Below are positions 50,230 to 60,965 of a stretch of DNA of 64,000 nucleotides, one piece after another; position 1 is the stretch's first letter, and each line of letters starts with the position of its first letter. Under the pieces are notes generated by a model. That model was not told where the DNA came from. It worked only from the letters and a program-made list of their open reading frames with translations, and did no database searches. Source of the stretch: Callorhinchus milii (lineage: Eukaryota); the NCBI RefSeq assembly GCF_018977255.1, contig NW_024704742.1:71798001-71862000 (forward strand), read 5' to 3'. The position numbers and the translations under genes are program-made.

Positions 50230-50552
50230 ATAATAATAATAATAATAATCCTTGCATTTGATATAGCGCTTTTCACGTCGGGAGGACGTCCCAAAGCGCT
50301 TCACAGAACACACTGTAAAGTTAATTGACTGTATATTTGTGGGTGAACACGACAGCCAATTGCGCACAGCAATGTCCCACAAACAGTCGTAGATTGAAAA
50401 TGACCAATTTATTATTGGTTTTGGTTTTGGAGGGATTATTATTAGGCTCTGTGTGGAGTAAGGAAACTTGCCCAAGGTTTCGCCCTCTGCCTGGAATTGA
50501 ACTCAGGTCTCTCGCTTGCAAAGCGAGTGCTCTACTCACTGAGCTACAGGAC
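50230..50552 (-). mobile_element. Young full-length DeuSINE
   Basis: Near-identical to 4709-5028. Confidence 0.9.
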
Positions 50553-51642
50553 TACTGTATGTCCCCCGCCTCGCTCGCCCCATTATTGGTGGGCGGGCCT
50601 TCTGCCACTCTGCCCCAAACCTCTGGAACTCCATCCCGCAGTCCCTCCACCTCGCCCCCTCGCTTGCCTCCTTCAAGACCCATCTCAAGACCCTCCTGTT
50701 CGACCGTGCATTCGATCACCCTGCTTCCCCCCGTCCTCCACCCTTCCCGATTCTGACCCCCTGCTTGGGTCCGAAACTCTGACTGTCCAGCGCCTTGGGA
50801 CGTCCCCCTGATGTGAAAGGCTCTACATAAATGTAATTTTGTTGTTGTTGCATTGTTGGTGGGGCCATCCTTCAGATGAGACGTTAACCAAGGTCCTATC
50901 CTTGCCTGATTAGGTGGATTGCATGACACTATTGGAAAAGAGAAGCAAGTTTCTCTCTCCCGCTGTCCTGTCCAAGAATTACCCCAAATAAAAAAAATTG
51001 GTTATTCACTTCATGAATGTTTGTGGGAATTTGCTGTATACAAATTGGCTATTTTGTTTTCCTATGAAATACAGTCATTGCACTTTACAGAAAAATGGTG
51101 TTATATCAAATGCAAGGTTTATTATTATGTATTATATGAATATTGTGAAGCGCTTTGAGATGTTTCAATGATGTGAAAAGGCACTGTATCAAATGCCAGG
51201 ACGATGATTAGTTTTACCTTTCTTCAGCCTCAGGGAGGGGATAAGAATGGCCTCGTGGACACGTATACCCTCGTGGAGGCCAGAAACTTGATTTGGGGAG
51301 TTGTGGTATGAGCGTGTAGCTTATGCAGCAAACCAGAGATCCCTCACAATATGCACACCATTTGACCACTGTTTCGGAAAACTCTGTGAAGCACTTTGAG
51401 ATGTGTTGACGACGTGATAATGCTCTATCTAATGCACAGATTATATTTTATAGTAAGTGCAGGATTTCTGGAACTCTGGAGTGGAAATTGTGATGTGTTA
51501 ATTAACAGCTTTGTTGCTCATTAACAGGTGTTTGAAATGAGTTACCTGATGGTACTTAATACATTGACTGGTTCCCGAGTGTGGGGTTGGAGCTCTTTCT
51601 CCTCCCCCATCCCACCACAATGCCCTTCTCAATATTCACGTT

Positions 51643-51965
51643 ATAATAATAATAATAATAATAATCCTCGCATTTGATATAGCGCTTTTCACGTCGGGAG
51701 GACGTCCCGAAGCGCTTCACAGAACACACTGTAAAGTGAATTGACTGTATATTTGTGGGCGAACGCGGCAGCCAATTGCGCACAGCAATGTCCCACAAAC
51801 AGTCGTAGATTGAAAATGACCAATTTATTATTGTTTTTGGTTTTTGGAGGGATTATTATTAGGCTCTGTGTGGAGTAAGGAAACTTGCCCAAGGTTTCGC
51901 CCTCTGCCTGGAATTGAACTTAGGTCTCTCGCTTGCAAAGCGAGTGCTCTAACCACTGAGCTACA
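51643..51965 (-). mobile_element. Young near-full-length DeuSINE
   Basis: Near-identical to 4709-5028 and 50230-50552. Confidence 0.9.
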
Positions 51966-53101
51966 TCCAAACGATGATACCTCTGACGATGCAATGTTTG
52001 TTCTCAGTCCTGCACTGGACCATCCGTCTGGATTGTGAGCTCCAACCCCTTACGTGAAAAAGCCCCGACTTGTCAAGTCTCTCTCTTAGAGGCTGATGTG
52101 CATTATCTCACTTGTTTCGTATAATAATTATAATTAATATTTGCATTTGGAAGTTATTATGTTAATGCGTTCATGTGGTTTTCTGTAAAGTGCAGTGACT
52201 GTGTATTTGTAGGCGAATGCGGCAGCCAATTTGCACCCAGCAGCATCCCACCAACAACCGTGGGCTGAGTGACCGATTTTATCTGGAGGATTGTTGGCCC
52301 GGACACTGGGAGAGAGAAATTCCCTTCTCTTTGAATATAATAATGAGCTGTTTGACATACAGCTAGTAATTCCCACGTCTGGTGTTCTTGTGTTTAATAA
52401 TAACCCTTTGGAGGCCAAAGTCCAAAAAATACTGAAATGCAGTCACCCAGGGCCTTTCATGTGATACAGACATCTCAAAGCATTTCACCGAATAACATGA
52501 TCAGAAACTGAGAGATTGCTGACACAGAGACAAAAACAGCAGCTAATCTATCCCAGGACATCCCAATTCCTCAGATTTTTGTGTGAAAGTCGGATAGAAG
52601 AGAAAGGACGACATACAATGGGGGGAAAGTCTTTTTAAGCGATGCTAAAACACACCCTTCACTTCCACGGACTGAATGTGAAATTAATAAACCTTGCATT
52701 TGATATAACGCATTATTACATCGTTGAGATGTCTCAAAGCGCTTTACAGGATATACTGTAAAAAGTTAATTGCCTGTGTATTTTGTGGGCGAATAGTGCC
52801 ACAGGATCTGAACAGGCATGTGGGAATCACGGTTATTATCTCTTCTGAATCGGCAAATGTGTTCCACCTCTTCCCCCCCCCCCCACCACACACACGCGCA
52901 CACATACATACAAACACATACATACATACACACATACATACAACACACACATACACACAAACACACACCAAACACACAGCACAGAGTGTCAGCCTAGATT
53001 ATGAGTCCTGACATAGGGCAGTTATCCCCAGTTGAGCTGTAGTGAGGAGGGAATGAAGTTGAAGTATGGCATGATGAAGTAATGATTATTTTCTTTTTCA
53101 G

Positions 53102-53170
53102 TGCACTTTCTATGGACGTCTCCGACATTTTCTGGATGTCATCGACCCACGGACACTCTTTGTGACTGAG
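53102..53170 (+). CDS. SFXN5: Sideroflexin-5 coding exon 2
   Basis: tttttcag|[23 protein letters not shown]|gtactg, cf. [23 protein letters not shown]; 69 nt, phase 0-0. Confidence 0.96.
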
Positions 53171-55221
53171 GTACTGTCCAAGTCCACCATCTGTCAATTT
53201 TGTGTAACGCGAATGGCCAGTGATTAATAATAATAATTCTTGCATTTGATATATCACCTTATCACAGCATTGAGACGTCTCAACGCACTTCACTATAAAG
53301 TGGATTCACTGTATATTTTGTGTGTGAGCCAATTGCCTTTTTTAAGGGATTATTACCCCCAGAAAGTGATCTACCAATCGACTAACAATTGGGCTCCTAC
53401 ATAGTGCCACGTAAACAGAGGCATATGGAATAAGGTAACTTGCCTAAGGTTTGGCCCTACCCGGGAATTGAACCCAGGTCCTCTCACTTGTGAGGTGAGT
53501 GCGCTAACCACTATGCTATGGGACTCCACTCCAGAGTAAAGATCCCAAATCCCAATCCTTCCCTCGTCTTGTCCTTGTTTTGAAGCCATAATTCCCTTTG
53601 TTGACCGCTCTACACAGCAAAGAAACTTTGCTGCATCCAAATGTCCCAAACCCTTCTTAGTTTGGGGTGCACTGCACTGTAAGCCTAGACTGAGCTCAAA
53701 ATCCCCAACTTGAAGCTTGAACCCACAACCTTCTGACTGATAAGAAAGAGTGCTACTGACCGAGCTAGGCTGACACCTAAAGGAGAAAGGCAGATGAGGT
53801 TTAATGACCACAGCTCCCCTTTCCCGCTGCTGCAGAGAAAAACCTATGTTGAAAAATCTGACTTTAAAAATAAACTTCCATGTAAATGGATTTTTTTCAC
53901 CTCTCCTGCGCTGGGTATTTTTGTACCAGTTGTGACAGCTCTTGAAATCCTCCTGTGTCCTTCCTTTTACTCCTTCCCTACCAAGTGCCCATCTTTTCCC
54001 CCTCTAATGAACCGGCCCCACACTGCGCGTTAACAGCCCTGTCTTTGGAAAATTGTCGTGTGGAATAAATTAGGGCCAGTTTAGTTATTAAAAAAAAACA
54101 CACACAGAGATTTCACTCAGGTCTCCCGCTGGAGGCTGATTAACCTTCGATGGTGAGAGGAATTCCAGCTACTCCCCTCTCTTAAAGTGACGTGCTCTAT
54201 CCTCAACCAGTTGAACTCCATCTCTGATCAGCCAGCTCCCACACTAGGCCCACGAGCCTGTCACTGGACTCCACTGGCTCCCCATCCCATAGCAGATTGA
54301 GTTCAAGATCCTTGTCCTTTTAAATCACTCTACAGTTTTGCCACATCCTTACCTCAGTGACCTTCTTAAACCCTACCAATCCCCCCACTCCCTCCGCTCA
54401 GCAGGTACTGGTCTGCTTCACGCCTACACCCTGCCTGACCCACCATTGGCAGTCAGGCTTTGAGCCTCTCTGCCCCACTCTCCTGAACTCCACCCCAGAG
54501 TTGTAAGATTCAGGAAGAGGCACCCAAAATAGTAGTGTATATTTTGTAACTTTATTGAATATATAATAATAATAGTCAACAAATCAAAATGTTAGCTTAA
54601 CAATCCTTCAAGCTGAGACGATAGATACTGTAAAGTCGATATTACCCAATTCCACTGGGAAGGAGCATAGTCCCTCTATGACGACTCCAACGTTTCTTAA
54701 GTTATTTCTTTTAAGTGTTTTTAACTCCGCATCCCCTTCCATGGTCTGATTCACAAGCCTCCCTGCCTTTGTCTCTAGTTTTTCCTCTGAGAAAATGGAG
54801 TTGCAGACCCCTTCATCCTCAAGCAGCCAGTGACCTTGAGCAGATTATTTTTCCATGAGAAAAGAACTGATGGGGAGAAAGAGATAGACACTTAAAGAGC
54901 TTTTCTGTAGCCTATTTCTCAGCCTTGAGAGAGGAGAATGTTATGGCACAGACACAAATGGCTTCCTGAATGTGTCTTCCACCCACTTCAAGCTCCTTGT
55001 ATGCGCATCTGTAGTCAAGGACGTGAGACTTCAAGGCAGGAGAACTTGTGAATCAGGGCAGTGTTATTAAGAACTGACCTTATGACATAAAAACATGTAA
55101 TCAGGATCAGAAATTGACTCAATGTTATCAGGAAATGACCTCAACCGGGTCCAGCCAACATATCTTTTAACTCCTGCTAAGCTAATAGTTTGAGACAACC
55201 AGCCCCCATCATGTTTTATGT

Positions 55222-55295
55222 CAGGGTGGTCCAACCTTTTGACTCCCAGGGACCGTATTCCCTATTTGAGAAAGGTCCACGGGCCGCATCCAGCC
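55222..55295 (+). mobile_element. hAT/Charlie-like non-autonomous element 5' end
   Basis: CAGGGTGGTCCAACCTTTT…GGGCCGCAT resembles Charlie-type termini; no second TIR found. Confidence 0.45.
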
Positions 55296-55484
55296 CAAGA
55301 CCATTTCCAACATTCCCTCCCTCCCTGGTGAACGTCCTCCCAGGGCAGTAGCAGGAGCCAGCAGTTGGGAGGATGCAACGAGCAGAGCCTTTACTGCAGT
55401 CTGTCAGGAAGGCAAGTGTGTCTCTTACCAACCGCGTCCTTCACAACCAACCACCGGCCCCTGCCACTGCAGATAGTGACCCGC

Positions 55485-56200
55485 GGGAGAGAGAGACGGG
55501 GAGGGAGGGAGAGGGCGGGAGAGGGAGAGGTGGGAGAGAAAGAGGAGGAAGAGAGAGAGAGAGAGGAGAGCTTGGAAGAGGGGTAGAGAAAGAGGGAGGA
55601 GGGGGTGAAGAAGGGGGAAAAGAGAAGGGGGGTGGGCGAGAGCAAGGGGGTAGGGAGACGAAGAAGGTGAAAGAGAAGGGGGAGAGAAAGAAGGGACAAG
55701 GGGGACAGAGGGGGAGAACACTCTCCCCTTCTCTCTCAGGCACTCTCCTTTTACACAATCTTTCTCTCAATTACTCTCTCTCACTCCCCATGTCTCACAC
55801 TCTACCACCTCCCTCTCAATCAATCTATTCCCCCTCCTCTCCCCCCCCCTCCTCTCTCTCTCCCCCTCCTCTCTCTCCCCCCCTCCTCTCCTCCCTCCCT
55901 CCTCTCTCCCCCCCCTCCTCCTCTCTCCCCTCCCCCTCCTCTCTCCCCTCCCCCCTTCCGTCTCCCCCTCCTCTCTCCCCCTCCTCTCTCCCCCCCACCT
56001 CCTCCTCTCTCGCCCCCCCTCTCTCCCCTCCCCCTCCTCTCTCCCCCCCTTCTCTCTCCCCCCCCCTCCTCTCTCCCCTCCTCCTCTCTCCCCCCTCTCT
56101 CCCCCCCTCTCTCCCCCCCTCCTCTCTCCCTCTCCCCTCCCCCTCTATCCCCCCTCCCGTCTCCCCCTCCTCCTCTCCCCCTCTTCCGCCATCTCTCTCC
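55485..56200. repeat. Polypurine (GA-rich) tract followed by polypyrimidine (CT-rich) tract
   Basis: About 55485-55718 purine-rich; about 55720-56200 pyrimidine-rich. Confidence 0.92.
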
Positions 56201-59200
56201 CAAGCCCATGTCACATTCTATATTGGGTTACATCCTAAAAGTATATGAAGATAAATTAAAAAGCCTTAAAAACATTAAGCATTCCAAATATAATCTTACC
56301 GTGTCCCTCCACCTCGTTCCCTCCCTCACCTCCTTCAGTGTTCATTTCAAGACCTTGCATTCTGTCATCTTCCCGCACCCCCAACTCTCCCGAATCTAAC
56401 CCCCAGCTCGGATACAAATCCTTTACTGTGCAGGGCGTTAGGATATCCTCTCGATGTGAAAGGTGCTGTATAAATGTAAATTTATTGTTTGTGTTGTTGA
56501 TCAATGCTCTTCAACACAAAGGAAATGGAGCTGTGTCTCAAAAGTATTATTATTATAATAATCAAGCATCAACTTGGCTCGGATACTTGCACGTTTGCCA
56601 GAGAGTTGTGGGTTCAAGTCATGACATTCCAGTACATTGCTGGGGGAGCACCACATTGTCAGCTGTGCCTTCCTTCAGATGAGATGTTAAACCGCTCTTG
56701 TCCCTGCCTGGTGGATATAATAATAATAATAAGCCTTGCATTTGTGTAGCACCTTATCACATCTTCAAGACGTCTCAAAAAAGATTCTATGGCAATACTC
56801 GAAAAGAGAAGGGAGTTTCTCCCAATGTCCTGGCCAACAATCTGCCACATAAAATTGGTCATTCACTTCATGGTTGCTTGTGGGACATTGCTGTGTGCAA
56901 ATTGGCTGCAACGTTCATCTACACAGTCACTGCACTTTACTGTGAATTCTTCGAAATGTTCTGAGACATTCTCCTGACATGAAAGGAGCTATATCAAATG
57001 CAATGGAGCATTGCCTCAGCACTCCCTTCTCTTATCCAATAATGTTGTGCAGCTTTTACAGAAACAAATAGACAGAAGTTTGGTTTAATGTCTCACGCAA
57101 AGAACAGTGTCTCTAACAGTACAATACATTTATGTGGCGCTTTCATGTCAGGAGGACGTCTCAAAGTGCTTTGCACAGCTGGCACCCAAGCCAGGGGGAG
57201 ATGGAGGTGGCGAGAAGATGACCAAAAGTACGGTCAAAGAGATATGTCTTGAGGTGGGCTTTGAAAGTAGTTAGGAGGGGGGCAAGTGCTCCCTTCCCCT
57301 CCCGCAGCTCTAGAACATCAGCCTGGACTGTGAGAGTCCCTAACTTGGGGGCTTGAACCCACAATCTATTGACCAGAGCTACCGACTGAGCCAGGCTGAC
57401 ACTTGCCTTGTGTCGCCGGGATGAAGCAAAGGTCGCTGTCAGTGCCCCTGGAGGTGGCAAAATCCTCCTCCAATCTGTAAATTGCTTGTTGGAAAAAGGT
57501 TTGAAACGTGTTGGTTCTGAAATGACAGTTGCGCTCAGCAGGGGCTGGGTGGAGAAGGATAGTGTCAGAATTAATCCAAATTATAAGTCAATGCACCCAT
57601 TGTTTGCGGGACATTGCTCCACAAATTGTTTGCCGTGGTTTCCTGCACGTCGTCCTGCATAATAATAATAACCCTTATATTTGAAACAGCGCATTATCAC
57701 GTTGTTGAGATGCCTCAAAGTACTTCACAAAATATATTGTAAAGTAAATTGACTGTATATTTTGTGGGCAAAACGCGGCAGCCAATTGTGCATAGTTGTG
57801 GATTGAGTGATAAAATTAATATTATTTTCCTATTTTTTGGAAGGATTATTATCCCTGGAAAGGGATCCACCAGCCGATTAACAACCAGCCTCCTACTTAC
57901 TTCTAGCTAAACAGCGGCATGTGTGGGGGGGGATGGGAACCCTCTAAGGGTTTGCCTCTGGAGTCATTTCGCTGTGCAAACCGACCAGCTTTTTAGCTCC
58001 TGGCATGAATCTAGTTTGTTCAGCCGGGTGTCTGACATGTGGAAACCCATCACCAGGTTTAAGAATCTCCATACCAGCATGGATTCCACATATACCTACA
58101 ACCAGCGAAATTTCCCTGTATCGGTGATAGAATGTGCACTCTCTCTCTCCCTGGAGGGACACACCTAAATTTACCTAATTCCGAAGCATATTAGGCGCAG
58201 GTTGACAAGAGCCAAGGCTTGGGGATCCCAGAGTGTGTGTTGGGGTAACTGCTGGAGTCTAACCAGCTAAAACATAGTTTGCTATTGAGAGCACTGTCCA
58301 GCACTCCCTCCCTCTGGAGCCCGTGGTGTGGATCACACATTGTATTTGTGCAGTCTACAGCCTGACTCACCAACATTCATCTCAAGCTGATGAAGTTGTG
58401 GCTCCATTAGGCTACGCCCTAATTAACAGAACTAATTTCAGAGCAGTTGCTCAGCATTCGCATAGAGGTGAAAAGCTCTAAGCCTCCCGTGGAGCACTGA
58501 TGAGTCCGGGGCAATGAGGAGTCAGCAAGGTGGGAATTCAATAATATTTATAATTAATGTACAGAGAAGTATATTAGTACTAAGATGATCACTCATTCGC
58601 TAGTATGTAACCGGGTTTGGAAAGATCTGCATACGAAGATGGGCTGAGCTAAACTGGAGAAGATTGAGAGGTGTCTGACACATGCGGAAACCCATCAGCA
58701 TGCTTAAGGATATCCAAACCAAACTCTTAAACCCGGTGAGAATTCCATGCATCCCACCTAAACATGGAAATTCCAGAGACAGATTGTTGGAATGGAATGA
58801 GCGCTCTCTCCCTGGAGGGATGCATCCTGTTTACCTAATTCCAGGGAGTATTAGGTGCAGGTTGACAAGAGCCAAGGCTTGAGGACCCCAGTGTATTGGG
58901 GTAACTGCTTGAGTCGAACCAGCTAAAACCGCATAGCTTGCCATTGAAGCACTATCTGGCAAGCTTTTCTGCTGCTTATCCAGCTAGGACTACGCTACCC
59001 GTTAGGGCTTTAACTTGCAGGGTTAACAAGAGCTGAGTGGGAGGATTCCCTGCCCCCAGTAACTGGTCTGCCCTTCGAGTCCTGCCGATGAGCTGTCATC
59101 AGCAGTTCTGAACGGGACACAGTCTGCAAGAGAAGGGAAACTGATTTCCTTTAGTCATGGAATGGGTGACTGGGCGGAGAATGGTTTCTGGGTTGTTAGT

Positions 59201-60311
59201 GGGAGAATCTGAGGAGAACCTGGAGAGAATCTTAGAGGCTTGTCTGGATTTGAGATTCATTCCCACAACCAGCCACTGAGGCCAGATCAATAGAGACATT
59301 CAAAAGGGAACTGAATAACATCTGAGGAATTTAGGGGAAAGAAGGAGAAAGAAAGTTGAACGTACGCAGAGAGAGAGCTTGGATGTTGGGGGAAGGAAAA
59401 GAAAGAGAGAGCTGGTCAGATCCGGAGTGACGAGTACGTGGATGAAGAATGAAGTTAATATAAATGAAAACTGCTTTATAAAAAATTGCCCTATTCTGCG
59501 CTCTAAATGGTTGTGGAGTCCCGTTTTGAGAGGACCAAAAGAGATTCATGTCAAGAGCCAAAAAACTGGTCGATTTGCAGTTAGACATCTCCAGAGGCAA
59601 ACTCAGGTTTGATTCCCGGACGGGGTGAAACCTTATATAAGTTTCCTTACTCCATACACCATTGTTTACCTAGTAGTAATTGGAACCCGGTTATTAGTCA
59701 ATTGGCCGATTGCTTTCCAAGGGTAATAACCCCTAAAACAAAATAATAATATTAATAATTTGGTCACTCAATCTAAGACTGTTTTGGGACACTGCTGTGC
59801 GCAATTCGCTGCAATCGCCCACAAAATACAGTCAATCGACTTTTGGGGCATCGTCCTGACGTGAAAGGTGTTATACAAATGTAATTTGTTGTTATTGTTG
59901 TTGCTTACAATATATTCTGTGAAGTGCTTTGAGACGTCTCAACAACGTGACAAGGCGCTATATCAAATGCAAGGATCATTATTGTAAATTTGAAGAGAAA
60001 AGCCTAAGACTAGGTGGACTTTGAAGCCTGTGATTTTATTTAACCCCTGCCTTGACTCCCTGCCATGAGGGGGGAAGAGTGCGGTGCTGGTGGTGGGGGT
60101 GAGGGGAGCAAGGCTCAGGTGGCCAGGATAGCGGGAGCTGTGCAGGAGCTGTGATTGTTCGCACGACGTGTCGCTCGCTGTGAGCACTTCCATCCACCAA
60201 CAGAGTCAGAGGTGGCAGCTGGCCTCCCTCAACAGAAATCAGAGAGAAAAATGTGATTTGTTTTCTTATTTTATATATCTGACTTTGTGTATGTGTATGT
60301 TTTGGTTTCAG

Positions 60312-60389
60312 AGCCGACTTAAAGCAGCCTTACAGCTTCTGGAGGATTATGAACATGGCATTACTGCCCCGGAGGTCACCGATTGCCAG
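60312..60389 (+). CDS. SFXN5: Sideroflexin-5 coding exon 3
   Basis: gtttcag|SRLKAALQLLEDYEHGITAPEVTDCQ|gtagga, cf. [26 protein letters not shown]; 78 nt, phase 0-0. The gene continues beyond the window. Confidence 0.94.
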
Positions 60390-60392
60390 GTA

Positions 60393-60610
60393 GGAGCCCT
60401 GTAGTGTAGTGGTTAGTGCGCTCGCTTCACAAGTGAGAGGAACCCGGATTCAATTCTCTGGCAGGGCTGTTTGTGGGACACTGCTGTGTGTAATTGGCTG
60501 CTGCGTTTTACCCACAAAATGCAGTCAATTCACTTTAGAATATATTCTGTAAAGCGCTTTGAGATGTCTCAATGATGTGATAAGGCGCTGTATCAAATGC
60601 AAGCATTATA
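60393..60610 (+). mobile_element. DeuSINE with tRNA-Val(CAC)-like head, internally deleted
   Basis: AGCCCTGTAGTGTAGTGGTTAGTGCGCTCGCTTCACAAGTGAGAGGAACCCGGATTCAATTCTCTGGCAGGGCT, then Deu core and L2 tail. Confidence 0.85.
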
Positions 60611-60619
60611 ACAAGAAAT

Positions 60620-60965
60620 TTTGAACAGGAAAGGCAGTACTTCGGAATCCTCTGATTGAGTTTGATTCTTGGAGAGAGTCAACTTTTATGAGGAGGTTGG
60701 AAGATTTACGGTTGGTTGTGCAAGTCAAGGTGTAACAGGTTTTATAGGGAATTGGATAAATACTTATGGGAAAATAAATATAAAGAGTATAGGGAAAAGA
60801 GGAGGAGAATGTGATTAGAGAACTCCAATGGGGAGCAAGCACCAGCAGACACAATGGGGGAAAGAGCAAGGGAATGGTATTAGAGTAGAGAGCTCCAGTG
60901 GAGAGTGAGTACCATCATACACACAATGGATAAAGAGCAAAGAATGGGATTTGAGTAGAGACTCC
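60620..60965 (+). mobile_element. Degraded CR1 3' end with about 2 copies of the 71-bp unit
   Basis: FIGELDKYL-like remnant and ttagagtagagagctccagtgg…agcaccagcagacac units. Confidence 0.6.

Larger units (their letters stand above)
47320..50852 (+). mobile_element. Long degraded L2 LINE interrupted by two young SINEs and a short L2 3' end
   Basis: PPGYTFHHTPR…GDFNLH; TTCSLDPIPT…KTAVVTPILKKPSLDP…[25 protein letters not shown]…[14 protein letters not shown]; 3' tail at about 50800-50850. Confidence 0.93.
54502..56300 (-). mobile_element. Probable old solo LTR inserted in an L2 3' end, itself interrupted
   Basis: Ends TGTAAGATT…AATCTTACC (inverted); imperfect 4-bp TSD GAGT/GTGT; the L2 (…aactccaccccagagt|ccctccacctc…) resumes after it; minus-strand AATAAA at 54551-54556. 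Confidence 0.55.

Noticed and set aside
43217..50852. Active RT/endonuclease or retron-like system
   Set aside because: Standard L2 LINE copies broken by frameshifts, stops and nested insertions.
55373..56248. 291-aa ORF and overlapping G/E/R- and P/S-rich ORFs (also 6299-6818 and 33747-34302)
   Set aside because: Low-complexity tracts that lack stop codons by composition.
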